The notes: generated by a model from the letters alone, not told the origin. A stretch of DNA of 63,489 bases, filler included, from Licmophora abbreviata (GCA_900291995.1; 12 parts of 12 records of this genome joined end to end with filler, not necessarily neighbours in it); one strand, 5' to 3'; positions 1 through 11,692 are shown, counted from the whole stretch's first letter. Made by a program: numbers and translations.

Positions 1-215
1 CAACAACAGTATCGCAACTACTAACAATAGAAAGCAGATTGAGGAGTTGGAAGTGAGTGGAACTGGAAGGGAATCGCACACACGATCCAGAGCACAGCAC
101 CGTGGGAGGGAACGATGGCGACGGCAATGCCCTAAGTATGAGATACACCGCGCGTGAGTCGTCGTTACTTCTGTAGAGAGTCGATAAAAATAATAGTTTG
201 TGATGAATGTCTAGC

Positions 216-240
216 TAGTAGTAGTAGTAGTAGTAGTAGT
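216..240. repeat. (TAG/GTA)n trinucleotide microsatellite
   Basis: About 8 consecutive GTA units (tagtagtagtagtagtagtagtagt). Confidence 0.9.
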
Positions 241-338
241 TACTGCTCGTTGTTTGACGTGCGCGTCGTATAAAAGTGAATTGTGGAGAAGTAGTCTATC
301 AAGGCGAAAGATCGGCACAAGCCTTGTGTCGTCGTAGT

Positions 339-1469
339 TTAAAAAACCGTATCGGACGGCAAGTCGGCGACAAACATGTATCCCGCACTGTGAGTAATTG
401 CGAACGGAACCTTGCTGTCCATGAGTACGCTCTGCGGTGTCACTCCGCATGCATGAAAGACGGGAACCTCGTCCGGTGCCAAGTCAATCGCGTCGCCCCA
501 GTCGGGATTATCGATGTCGATTATTCCAATGGCAGCCGCGTTGCCAACACAGACGGGCCCACCGTGGGCGTGAGTGAACTTGGAGGTGATTTCGACTTCC
601 TTGGCAATGTCGAGGGACTTGATCGGCTTCATGGAGACGACAACGTTGCCGGAAAGCGACCCCGCCGAACGGCACTTGAGATTCGTCTTGTACATTGGAA
701 CGTTCTTGCCTTGTTCGGCGCTCTTGAGAGGAATCTTGACGTCCAGCAAGGCACCGTCGTAGGAGAAGCTACATCCAATCAGAAAAGCCACAGAGTTGTG
801 GGGCCAGTAGTCCGTCACATCATCGACTTCGCGGTCCAGTTTTCCGTCTCTGTAGATAGAATACTTGGGCAGGTCGGTACGAAGATCGGCGCCTTGCGCC
901 ACTCCATTGGGAAACGGGGATCCGACATCACAGACTTCAATCAAGGGACACGCCTTCTTGTTGCGTTGACAAAAGAGCAAAAAGTCAAAGGCAAGCTGCC
1001 CTTGGGGAAGGACGACGAGATTGCACTGGAGGAATCCAGGACACACGCCATTGGTGGGACCCGTGAAGAGACCAGCTCGAACCTGTTGTCGAAACGCACG
1101 TGTAGGAGGATTCGGTTCCATACGAGGAGCACCATGCCACGAGTCTTCGTCACGAGGTTCTTCTTCTTGAGCATCAGAACGGGTGGGTTCTATCTCATAA
1201 TCGCCGTCCTGCTGCTGCTGGGTATCTTCGTTGTTCCAGTCGCAGATATCCATGAGTTCTTTGTTGTGACTGTGCTTTCCGTCGTCGTGCTTGGAGTGAG
1301 CAATGTTCATCTCAGGAAAGGCCGTGCGGAGCTCTTCGACTTCTGCAGTCGTAAAGGTGTTCGGCGGTGACCCCTCTTGGGGCTGACATGCCGGCAAGGC
1401 CGCTCGGAGCATCTCCGCCATGCGGGCCTTGTCTGTGTGTGTCGATACAGGTCCTTTGTCGGTATCCAT
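339..1469 (-). CDS. DUF1445 / D-glutamate cyclase-like putative hydro-lyase
   Basis: Motifs GPTNGVCPGFLQCNLVVLP, FLLFCQRNKKACPL, DLRTDLPKY, FLIGCSFS, AHGGPV, VPVFHACGVTPQ and ITHSAGYMF. Likely start is MDTDKG at 1469 rather than the TTG at 1865. Confidence 0.85.
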   Translation of the reverse strand: MDTDKGPVSTHTDKARMAEMLRAALPACQPQEGSPPNTFTTAEVEELRTAFPEMNIAHSKHDDGKHSHNKELMDICDWNNEDTQQQQDGDYEIEPTRSDAQEEEPRDEDSWHGAPRMEPNPPTRAFRQQVRAGLFTGPTNGVCPGFLQCNLVVLPQGQLAFDFLLFCQRNKKACPLIEVCDVGSPFPNGVAQGADLRTDLPKYSIYRDGKLDREVDDVTDYWPHNSVAFLIGCSFSYDGALLDVKIPLKSAEQGKNVPMYKTNLKCRSAGSLSGNVVVSMKPIKSLDIAKEVEITSKFTHAHGGPVCVGNAAAIGIIDIDNPDWGDAIDLAPDEVPVFHACGVTPQSVLMDSKVPFAITHSAGYMFVADLPSDTVF

Positions 1470-2161
1470 GGTAAAAGTGCAGGAAGCTTCGGAAGAGAAA
1501 GGAAGAAAAGAAAGCGAATTCACGAAAATGTGTGGCGTCGTCCGTGTTCTGTCTGGAGATGCTTTCGATCCGTTGACGCTCCGACTCTCTTGACGATGGA
1601 GAGCTGTTTCAACGAGAGAGATAGGTGGATCGTATGATAGTAGTACTGAACGATGTAAAAATGACTTTGCGGCGTTGAGATCAAACACGATCACAACAAA
1701 CAAGCAACGTGGCGACCACAACCAGCTGCTTGCGTTTGATGCCCATCGTCTAGTGGCAAAAACGAGAAAAGAGAATACCGACCTCGCGCCAAACTGATGA
1801 ACGTTCAACTCCGCGATCGATGATATTTTCACTGTGACGTGGTAAAAGAAGCTCCATAAATGCAATCCGTGGTCTCTCTTTCCGAAGCATTGATGGAAAA
1901 GGAGCTCGCGCGCCAGTCCAGGCAGCGATCTGAACCATGATCAAAAGACCGGCGCTCCCGTCGACTCATAGCGCCACACAAGAACAGCGTTTGAGTGTGC
2001 AGGACTCAAGCCTTCGCCGTTCACTTTTTCACCAAGTGCCATCGCCACGTGTAGATTAGGGATTGTCATTCCCTCAGTTTGTCAGAGAAAAACCGCATCG
2101 TCTACTTTGACTCTCGACACGTTCGCACAGTTGCTCGTCCCGACACAAGCAATCTCTCGCC

Positions 2162-2908
2162 ATGGTTAGCGACAATACAAAGATCGGCACCGGTCTCCTC
2201 TTTCTGGTGAGTATATCTTCATACGTGTTAAGAAAAAGGAAACGGTCGGGATAGCAGCACTAGAACTGAGAACGTCGCTCTCAATTGAATGCTCATTGGT
2301 GTGGCTGCTGGCATCACTGTCAGCAATGTCGCAACCGCACTCGTCTCTCTCTAATTCATCGCTTCTGTACCGTCTTTTTTATTCTCAACACTACAGGGAT
2401 GCTTGTTTCTTTTCCTAGGGGTTCTATTTTTCTTTGACTCTGCCCTTTTGGCGCTCGGCGACCTGCTCTTCCTCACCGGACTCATCATGACCATCGGTGC
2501 GTGCGTGAGCGCATTGCATGTGTGTCGTGTGGATCGTGGCTCGTGCAGCGTAGACGATAGGTCGTGTTTTGTCGCCACCGCATCCAATAAGCACTCTCAT
2601 TCCATCCGCCCTTTTTCCTTTCTGTAGGGTTCTCGAGAACGATGCGCTTCTTCTCCAGGCGGGATAGGCTCCGAGGGATCATTTCCTTCTTTGGCGGTGT
2701 CTTTCTCGTCATGATTCGATGGCCCATTGTAGGCATGATATGCCAGTTGTATGGATTGGTTTATTTGTTCGGGCAGTTCTTCCCTATTGCTGCTGAAAGT
2801 ATGAAGGACATGCCAGTCGTCGGAAGCGTATTTCGTCAACCGGCTGTCGAAGACTTCTTTCGAAACTTTAGTGGGGGCGCGCGTGATACAAGACGGGCTC
2901 CTGTATGA
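2162..2908 (+). CDS. GOT1: Got1/GOLT1 vesicle transport membrane protein, 3 exons (2162-2206, 2397-2496, 2628-2908)
   Basis: GT-AG introns join in frame to give 141 aa: [43 protein letters not shown]...[23 protein letters not shown]...FGQFFP. Confidence 0.9.
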
Positions 2909-3125
2909 TACTATAAACAAATAGAGCTTGTGTCTTTCAATGGAATGTGCAGATTCGTTGGGGAAATGCATGGATGACAATCGAAAACGGTATGCATATA
3001 GAGATGACCAATGTATTCATTTGTGCATCAACAAAAATAACATGGCGGGCTTCACGACCGACGCGGGACAACTACCCTGAAGCAATAGATTCAGGAAATA
3101 TTTACCATATGTGTGCTCTTGTCGG

Positions 3126-3446
3126 TCAATGATGTTTCAATTGCCTTTCGGTGGCCTCTTTGATCTGTCTACACAGCTCGGTCAATCCTGACTCGACCAT
3201 TGCCAGTTCCTTCTTCAGTAGCCCGACGGTGCGGTCCTTGGGGATACGAAAGAAGGATGCGTCTGTTGTACCTAGCCAGCATTTGTCGTCGTCGTCGTCT
3301 TTTGTCATTTCTCGCAGAGCTTCCTTTAGCTCCGTCCTTTGAGCTGCCATTTGTTCCATCGACGAGCGGTCTGCCTCTAAACTCGCTGCTTGCTTCTGAC
3401 GAGAAACTGACAAGAGCGCGTCGCTTTGATTCATTGCTTCATTCAT
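3126..3446 (-). CDS. Prefoldin beta-type protein, PDRG1-like
   Basis: 106 aa with coiled coil, hairpin (KCWLGTTDASFFRIPK) and second coiled coil, typical of PDRG1/prefoldin-4-like subunits. Confidence 0.65.
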   Translation of the reverse strand: MNEAMNQSDALLSVSRQKQAASLEADRSSMEQMAAQRTELKEALREMTKDDDDDKCWLGTTDASFFRIPKDRTVGLLKKELAMVESGLTELCRQIKEATERQLKHH

Positions 3447-3777
3447 GCTGAGGATAGACTTCTTTCGTTTTATATCTTTTAGCAGGAAGAACGTTTTGTT
3501 TATTAGTTCGTTCCGCTACAACCGGCGCTTGCATCGCGGCATTGTGATGCATGATGATGACACTGACGTCGGTCCGGAAAAACACCACGCAAAACCCGCG
3601 TCACATGTCATCGCGCTTTTACAAGTTAAGTCAGTCCTTGGGTCGTCGAACTGAAACATGGTTCTTCCTATGTCGTCACCTTTGTGCTCTGTCTTTCTAC
3701 GGCTTCTGCCTAAACAGTCTAAACCGGACAGACAATGTCCATTGTTTTGCTACTAGGCTGCAATAACTCATTCTCAG

Positions 3778-5842
3778 TTAGCTCTGCTTCTGCAGTCGTT
3801 CAATTAATTCGTTCTTTTTTCCGGATACCTTCAGACCGCGCTCTCTTAGCATGCCCTTCAGTACAGGTACAGTGAGCTTCCCGAAGTCTTCTTCTGTGGC
3901 CTTTGCAGATGCAGACCGAGCGGATTTTTTCGGCTTCTTAGATTTCTTTGGTGCCTCCGCAACTTTTTGGGTTCCGACAGAAGCTTGTTCGCCTACGACC
4001 GGTAGGTCGGTACTCATCTCCGCTTGGAGTTTATCGAAAAAATCATCAGTGTTGTCGTCACCCACACTTGAGTCACCTCCGATACCATTATCATCAAACG
4101 CGGTTCCAAGTTCGGCCTCGAGACTTGCGAAGAAGTCGTCCTCCTCCTTGGCGGCAGCATCATTTACCCGGCTGCCACCTTTGCTGGAGTCTTCGTCTTC
4201 GGAGAGTTCCGACATAAGTGAAGCAAAGAAATCATCGTCATTCTGCAACTGGGCGTTCCCAGAGGGCTGATTCTTGGTCTTTTGCGGCTCGAGGTCGTCC
4301 GATAAGTCAGACATAAGAGAAGCGAAGAATGCGTCTTCGTCCTGACTGGATGAGGGCGATGCTGCAGGTGACACGAACGCGCTCCAATCGTCCTTTCCTT
4401 CCATGGCATTCTCCATTCTCTTGGTGTGCTGTGAGCCCTGAGCCCTTCTTTCCCTCCGCTGCTGTCGTTGGGAAGGACCACGCCCCCATTGACTATCGAC
4501 GTCTCCAGCAGCCCAACCCTCCGATCCACTCCCTGCTCGAAAATTCCAATCTTTGTCGACCTGTCCCGTAGTTCTCCCATCCTTGCTCTGCTGTCTCTCT
4601 TGATACCACTTCCAGTTGCGCTCTTCTCGGTGACGCTCTTGTTCCGTCCGACCAAATATGTCACGTTTGGAGGTATCACCCCGCCCGACGCGATCGTGTC
4701 TCCGGTTTCGTGGGCCTCGAGCTCCATTGACGTTGCTCATCAGTTCGTTCCGTGTGGATCTTCGATCCCTCGGCCAGTTGTTGCTATCGCGGTCGGCCGG
4801 GTCGTCAAAGTCTTGCTGTGTTATGGGCTGGCTTGGCCCCGACAAGCCGCGCAGGACCTCTTCGTTGGTCAACTTCCGTACACCCCCTGGGTCCATCCAT
4901 TCCTCAAACATACTGCCGTACGTGAAGAATCGCACAAAAATTCTGCCTTCCTTTAGTCTGCGAACTATTNNNNNNNNNNNNNNNNNNNNNNNNNNNNNNN
5001 NNNNNNNNNNNNNTTAATTAATTAANNNNNNNNNNNNNNNNNNNNNNNNNNNNNNNNNNNNNNNNNNNNAAAATTCTGCCTTCCTTTAGTCTGCGAACTA
5101 TTCCGTCCTCGTTATCAAATTTGCCTTTGTTCGTGACTTTCACCATGTCTTCCACCTTCAATCCCAAGTAGACCTTTAGTGCTTCTTGATCCACTGCATC
5201 TTTCTGAACTGCCTCATTTTCCTCAGTGTCTACAATTACATCATCATCACCTGTCTCTGTTTCCTCTTCTTCTGCATCCTCGTACTCTTCTAGTCCGAAA
5301 TTTTCGACTTCGAGTTCGTTCAACGCGACTGGCGCCGGCGGAAGCTTCTTGTATCCTTTGTGATTAACCGTTCCCATCCAGGATCGACACAAATCAAGCT
5401 GCTGAATCGCTTCATACGCTTCAGGGCAGAGTCGAAGCTTAGCAAAGACGTATCCTTGATATTTCACCTTTGTTTCTGTAACCATACGGTTGGCACCATG
5501 AGACCGAGTTTTCTTTTCGGTTGGAACTACGAACTTGACAACATCCGGCATATCTCGACATCGCTCACGAGCTTGCCTCAGAAGGTCGATTTCGAGGCCT
5601 GCAATACAGTTCAGAAGGTACCAGTAGGGCTCGGGGTCTTCCTCGATTTCTAGCCGGTCCCATAGTATTGCCCGAAGCCAAGTCGATTTTTGTCGTGGTG
5701 TGCGGATATTTTCTCGCTCGCCTGGATTCGAAATCATCGGAGACACAGTACAAGTATTGTATTGACCGTTCTGCGGGAGTGTGAATCCAGAAACTACATA
5801 ACATCCAAGACCAAGGAGCAGGAGGGAAGATTGGGTCCTCAT
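3778..5842 (-). CDS. Plastid-targeted NusG-family protein (NGN + KOW) with acidic linker and C-terminal SAP domain; one gene split by an assembly gap
   Basis: Signal peptide ending VVSG-F. NGN motifs WYLLNCIAGLE and YQGYVFAKL. KOW LKVEDMVKVTNKGKFDNEDGIV. The 32-bp overlap across the gap restores GIVRRLKEGRIFVRFFTYG. SAP motif LTVPVLKGMLRERGLKVSGKKNELIERL. Confidence 0.85.
4970..5070. other. Artificial gap linker; flanks overlap by 32 bp
   Basis: N-run, TTAATTAATTAA, N-run; 4938-4969 is identical to 5071-5102. Confidence 0.97.
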
Positions 5843-6347
5843 GACAACTATTTTGCGGGTTACCGTCGGTGTAGCAAACTTAACCCAAATTGCCGGGAAG
5901 AAAAACCAATCTGGACTAGCAGTGTGCAGGCGATCTCGCCGTCGTAGCCCAATCTTTCTGAGATGTCGACGGAGGTCGAAGGGGCAATGGATATACCGTT
6001 ACACAGCGAAGAGCGTGTACATATGTTGTGTGTCGAGTGATGTCGAGTCGAATGATGTGTCTTCGCGCCAAAACACATCAAAAATCGCGTGGCTGACAGC
6101 GTTCGTCGGGACGCACACGCGTCCTGCGATCTTCACCGCGCGCGCATTCAGAAGAGTTCAAGTCGACGCCGAAGTGAGACGGAAGCTCTCCGACGGTCTC
6201 ATACTTACGGTACTAGAGTCTTGACTACCGTGTTGCTGGCGCGGCTCAGATACGCAACGATGGGCGTCAGTTAATATGGAACACAAAGATCGTGCCCTTT
6301 TTGGACCACTCAGTGATAACATACATTTTAAGAAGGCTTGATACAAT

Positions 6348-7358
6348 TTATTCCTTTCCTTGCGACTCAAAGCCCATTTGGACATAACCCTCTGATCCCC
6401 GAGCACCGGCCACCATGCTCGCCAGTTCTTCCAACTTGTGCATATCTGATTCGTCATGGATGTCAATTTTTGTACTACCCATGTTAGATTCAGCTCGATG
6501 AAGCTTCGTCGTTCCCGGGATCGGAACGACCGAAACGCCGAGTGCTTCCGCCTTCTTGAACAACCAGGCCAAGGCAAGTTGTGCCGGGGTGCAGTCATAC
6601 TTGTTCGAAACTTCATCCATTATGTCCACAATCTTGTTGTTAGCCGCTAGATTATCTGCTTGATAGCGGGGAAGGGAGGCGCGCCAATCCTGGGGCGGAG
6701 CCTCAACCTTGGAGGCCAGTAGGTTCCTGGCCAGAGGCGAGTACGCGACAATCGTGATGCCCAATTCCTTGCATTTTGGAACAAGGTCATCTTCAAGGTT
6801 TCGAGTTAGCAAGCTCCACTCCTGCTGAACGGCATCAACTGATCCTGCCTCTTTGTGGACTTGTTTCAACCAATCTGGGCCAATTTCGCTCAAGCCAACT
6901 TCCAGTAGCAGACCCTCTTCCTTGAGTTTGTGAGCCGAGCGAACAAAGTCGAGCGCACCTTGCAGATCCGTGATGCGATGACAGTAGTACAGATCAACAT
7001 AGTCTAGACCAAGCCGATCAAGAGATGCTTTCAAGGAGGCTTTGACAGTCGCATAGTCGTTCTTCATGTCGTGGGCATGAGGCATAAATTTAGTCGCAAC
7101 TGTATACGAATCTCGAGGAACTTTCTTGAAGAACTTTCCGAGGACAGCCTCGTTGTAGAGGTCGCCTGTGCGGTAAACTTCCGCGGTGTCAAAGTGGCGG
7201 ACACCTCCGTCGTAGACACCCTTGAGAAGCTCAAGAGCCTTGTCATCAGGCATCGGGTCGCCGTAGAAAGCTGTAATGCCCATGCAGCCAAAGCCCAACC
7301 CAGACGAGTTTTTTCCGACCACAGAAGAAAGCGCAGCTTTCGCGAAGAGTTTTGTCAT
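6348..7358 (-). CDS. Aldo/keto reductase (AKR13/perakine reductase-like)
   Basis: LGFGCMG, HFDTAEVY, VATKF, SLDRLGLDYVDLYYCHR, VGLSE, AYSPLAR, AQLALAWL, VPIPGTTK. Confidence 0.95.
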   Translation of the reverse strand: MTKLFAKAALSSVVGKNSSGLGFGCMGITAFYGDPMPDDKALELLKGVYDGGVRHFDTAEVYRTGDLYNEAVLGKFFKKVPRDSYTVATKFMPHAHDMKNDYATVKASLKASLDRLGLDYVDLYYCHRITDLQGALDFVRSAHKLKEEGLLLEVGLSEIGPDWLKQVHKEAGSVDAVQQEWSLLTRNLEDDLVPKCKELGITIVAYSPLARNLLASKVEAPPQDWRASLPRYQADNLAANNKIVDIMDEVSNKYDCTPAQLALAWLFKKAEALGVSVVPIPGTTKLHRAESNMGSTKIDIHDESDMHKLEELASMVAGARGSEGYVQMGFESQGKE

Positions 7359-7853
7359 TCTCTGCTTTTAAGAGAGTACACAGGAGCTTCGTTGGTTGGC
7401 GAGCAGTTCTGAGTTGTGAGATCGATCTATGGTGCTAATTTACATGTGATCGGGATGAATCTTTTCGGAATCAATCGAATCCTTGGAAGTCATGGAACAT
7501 CTTCGTAATCTATGATACATGGATTATCTACGCGCATCCCAATACTATTTGTATACGAGTAACTCGTATTCAAGTCTCAGTCATGGATCTGAGTTTCAGT
7601 CACGGATCATAATGGATCTGCTCGCTTGACCCTCGGCTTCGCTCGTCCACTCCAAAAAATCAGTCATGACAACAGCAACGTCCAGAGAAGGGGTGTACTG
7701 CTGTACTGCTGTGTCAACTCATATCTTGCTGTAGTCACAGTGAAAATACAGCTCTTCTTTGGCGTAGTCCATAAAAGAGTTTCGATGATTCAAATACGGG
7801 ATAAAACAAAGCAGAGTCGAAAGCGAGAGCGTCCGGACGTGATGCGTGATTAC

Positions 7854-9358
7854 ATGATGTCGTTGCCCCGACGGGTTTGGCTAGTACTGATTTTGTCGGC
7901 ACTGCCTTCAGAAGGTTTTCTTTCACTTTTACCCTGCACCCGCCACTTTTCATGTTTAATGAGTACACTTACTCCCAAGGAACAATCACAGTCGACTCGT
8001 ATACATGACGGAAGCGACACATCAACGAACGAGAACCACCAATCAAATTTTTGGTTGTCCGTGCCCAAGACGAAAGCAGGCAAGGACGAAATCCATCGAA
8101 TACCATACGCCCCATCATTAGATGCTGACGGTCCTCTTCCCTATGGGTCATATCGATTATCTGGAGCATCCCGCAATGAGCCCGTGCCATCATGCTTAGT
8201 GACTGTCGCTCTGGATATCGATGCGGAAGGAACTCTCTCCCTTGACCGTGGTGAACTGATGACTAAGCGAATGCAGAAGTTGATTGACTGTGGCTTTACC
8301 ACATTCCAGTTGAAAACGAGGGATAGCAAGCAACAGGAGTGGGCAGAAACGAATGTGTACGGAAAACTAATACGAGAGACACCGTTGTCAGTCATGAAAG
8401 AATGTCACTTGGTACTGCCTTTTAGTACCCCGTCGACTGGCCTGCTGGCGACCCCGTCGGCCGTGCGCTCATCTGTTCTAGATTCGCTTTATAGAATGGG
8501 AGCCGACTGTATCGATACCCTTCAACTAAAATGTAAGTTGTATATGAGTCGGCATTTCTGATGTGATCCCGCTCGTCGAATCCCGACTAACCATATTGCT
8601 TTGCCACTACAGACAACGATGAATCGCCATACCATCTTGATGTATTGGACTGTTTGCACGACTTGCAGCGAGAGGGTTTGATCCGATCCATTGCCAGTAA
8701 ACACTTCTCGCCTAAACTTTTGAGGTCTGCGGTCGCATGTGGGTTTGCGATCGACAGCAATCAAATCGATTGTAGCTTGGTTGGTCCTACAGAATACTGT
8801 TCTCGCGAACTCCAGCTTGTATGCAAGGATTTGGATATTCCGCTGTTGCTGGCAGATCCTCTCGCGGGAGGATTGCTTTCGAAACGGCACTTGGATGATC
8901 TACTCGAACCTCTGCCATCGGAACTAACACGTGCCGAGCATCAATCGCTGAAATTGGTTCTTCCGGAATGGGCAAAAACGCATGGTTGCTCCAATCGCGT
9001 CAATGTCTGGAGCACGTTCCAGCGAACGATGATACCCGTGCTGGCGGACATTGCACTCAAGTACCGCGTGTCCATGTCGACTGTGGCCATGCGATGGGCG
9101 TTGCAGCTGCCTTACGTGTTGGGCGTTGTGCCATCTTGCACGCTGGTGGGGGACGAAACGGACGACCGACCCTACGATGGTCAAGTTCAGTTACGAAAAG
9201 TATTTCAATTAGAACTTGATGAAGAAGATATGGAACGGCTCTGGGAAGCCGCAGGGACTCGGCCTGCTCGAGACGAGTTGGACTTGTTTGGTGTGGTGGA
9301 AGAGGAGGACGGCTCGTTTCTACCGGACTTTTCAAACACGAAACTGTGGCTGATGTAG
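7854..9358 (+). CDS. Divergent aldo/keto reductase-like protein, probably plastid-targeted, 2 exons (7854-8532, 8613-9358)
   Basis: Signal-like N-terminus ending SEG-F. GFTTFQ, SLYRMGADCIDTLQL, LQREGLIRSI, PLAGGLLS, VAMRWALQ. An 80-bp GTAAGT...CTACAG intron restores the frame. Confidence 0.75.
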
Positions 9359-9453
9359 AGACGTGTTCGCAATTGACAATCTTAGAATCCGATTAAAAGT
9401 CCATCAATCGGCATCTAGTCGCATTTCATGTCTCCGTGCCTTCTTCACTATCA

Positions 9454-9943
9454 CTATGCGTCTACCGGCAAGTTGTTCTCCGATCGAAAGGTAGCTGCCT
9501 CCTTTTGCTTGGCCTCCAGACGTTCTCCAAGATTCTTGATGACTTGGTCCAACTGAAGATGGGAAAGCAATTGTATAGTTAGAAATGAAACACTCGTCTT
9601 AAAAGCGACTGCACCTCTGCTTAATTCTTACATTTTCCCGATTAGACGTGACGGACGGCAGCACTTCCTTCACAGTCCTCTCAACTAAGACTCCTCCGAC
9701 CATCCGATAGGCACGCCGATCTGGATCCAGCGGTTGAAGAGTGTCCTCCACGAGTCTGACAAGGAAATAAGAAAAGACTCTGTTATGAGAAAAGACAAGG
9801 TTAACTAGAAGCTCATGGTTCTTCAACACTCACTTGTGTTCCCCTCTCTCCATTTCAAACTCGACCAGTTTCGACTGCAAGGATTGACACTCTTGCTTCA
9901 TATCCTGATACTGTTTCATCACCGCAGGAGACAGAGCCGCCAT
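9454..9943 (-). CDS. PFDN2: Prefoldin subunit 2, 3 exons
   Basis: MAALSPAVMKQYQDMKQE...EHK / LVEDTLQPLDPDRRAYRMVGGVLVERTVKEVLP / LDQVIKNLGERLEAKQKE, with GT-AG introns. Confidence 0.9.
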
Positions 9944-10124
9944 CTTATTGATTTCGGGGCGTTTGGATGGTAAACGTGTGATCTGCGAACAGTTTGACTT
10001 TGATGATCGACGGGCTGCAATCTCATGGTCGCAGCTCGCCACAGAAAGTGCGCCGCGGTTTTGCTCGGATCGGAGAGAGGTGCGCGATCCGCACGCGCGT
10101 CGGATGAGACGTCGTCTCGTCGTC

Positions 10125-10224
10125 NNNNNNNNNNNNNNNNNNNNNNNNNNNNNNNNNNNNNNNNNNNNTTAATTAATTAANNNNNNNNNNNNNNNNNNNN
10201 NNNNNNNNNNNNNNNNNNNNNNNN
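10125..10224. other. Artificial gap linker
   Basis: N-run, TTAATTAATTAA, N-run. Confidence 0.97.
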
Positions 10225-11379
10225 CCTTCAAAGTCTGCCAGCTGGTCTCGTACGAAAGGTTCCACACATAGACCGAACTGCCGTGGATGCGACCTCCTTG
10301 ACTTCCGTGGAAGGCTCCACTGCCTGTCTCTCGGTCTTCTCGCACAAAAATCATACGGCCCTTCAGTTCCGTATCGGTGAGGGTCGCAATGGCTTGTTGA
10401 GCTTCATCCTCTGTCGCATACTCGACGATTCCGCATCCTTTCGAGCGACCGTTCATTTCCATGATGACCTCGGCGTGGAGGACCTCTCCCGCTTCGCGCA
10501 TATGATCTTTCAAGTCCTGCCAAGCCACATCCCAACTCAAGTTTCCAACATAGACTCGCTTGCTCTGCGACTTCACATCTGAAGAAAAGCGGCTGACGCT
10601 TTGCTGAGCGCCACCTCCACGCTTTTCCCGATCCTCGCGCAAGAAGATCTGTCGTCCATCGAGTTCAGTATCGTTTAATGTCAACATGGCCTGTTGGGCT
10701 TCTTCAACGGTTGAAAATTGAACGATTCCACACCCTTTCGAGCGTCCGCTGTGGTCCATCATGATATCTGCGTGAACAACTTCACCGCCAGTCGAACGCA
10801 TGTGATCTTTGAGATCCTGCCAGCTCGTGTGATAACTCAGGTTCCCAATGTAGACGCGCTTTCCACGGTCACCATCATCCTCTTGCGCATCCTCCGGCTC
10901 GTCGCCTTCCTTCACGGCGGCTTCTTCCTGCTGCTGTTCCTCCTCGATTGGGTCGTTTTTGTCCTCTGCCGTCTGCTCGCCTTCGGGAGGACTGGTCGAC
11001 TCCTGTGTTTCCTCCTCGGTCTTGACCTGCTCAGCCTACAATTGATAGAGGATCGACAACAAACGGGACGCGTCAGAGTGATGTGCTGCAAGGATGAATG
11101 AGAACAGATGTAGCCAAACTTTCTCAGTCGTCGTCGTGATGTTTGTGCTGCCGCGACGGTGAAATGTCAATTCGACCATGTACGAGTATAAGTACTGATT
11201 CCTACGTAGAAGGTTTTACTTAGCCTGTGAGCCACGAGATCTTGCCAAGATCCTTCTTGCAAGGACCCAGCCGAGGCGCGCCAAGCCAATTCGTCAAGTC
11301 TTGGGCAATTTCATTTCCTTGAATACGACTTCCGACATCGCAAATTGCCAAAGAGCATCGTTCTTACCTCCGACGCCAT
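10225..11379 (-). CDS. Gbp2/Hrb1 (hnRNP M-like) multi-RRM RNA-binding protein, 3' end lost in the gap
   Basis: RRMs with VYIGNLSYHTSWQDLKDHM, RSKGCGIVQF and SWQDLKD signatures; a third RRM begins at the gap. Probable 12-nt first exon 11368-11379 (MASE|GTAAGA) and intron 11036-11367. Confidence 0.88.
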
Positions 11380-11692
11380 GGTTCTCCACTCCAAACTGAC
11401 TCCTCCACTCAACAGATTCGACAGACAGGTGTCGAGTTGATTAATTTGGGATTTTGTGTGCCATTTTGTTTAGTGACCATGTTTTCAACGTTTGTGGCAA
11501 GCAAGATTCCTGATGCCTAGCTCTCCTCCGCTCCATGTCAAGAGATGAGGCGCGGCAAGTTGAAGTTTCAAACGTTGACTTCCCGCCAAAACTGATGTGC
11601 GGATTTGCGACGAAACCGATCAAACCGATGACGGGCTTTTTTCACATTAACAACACATCGCTCATCATTCAACCCGTCACCACCCGGTCACC

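Noticed and set aside
276..1370. 364-aa plus-strand ORF
   Set aside because: Antisense shadow of the DUF1445 gene with no recognisable motifs
4938..5102. 32-bp direct repeat resembling a target-site duplication
   Set aside because: It is a contig-end overlap; merging the copies restores a continuous reading frame
3126..9943. Two prefoldin-family genes about 6 kb apart
   Set aside because: Unrelated genes lie between them; no evidence beyond chance proximity
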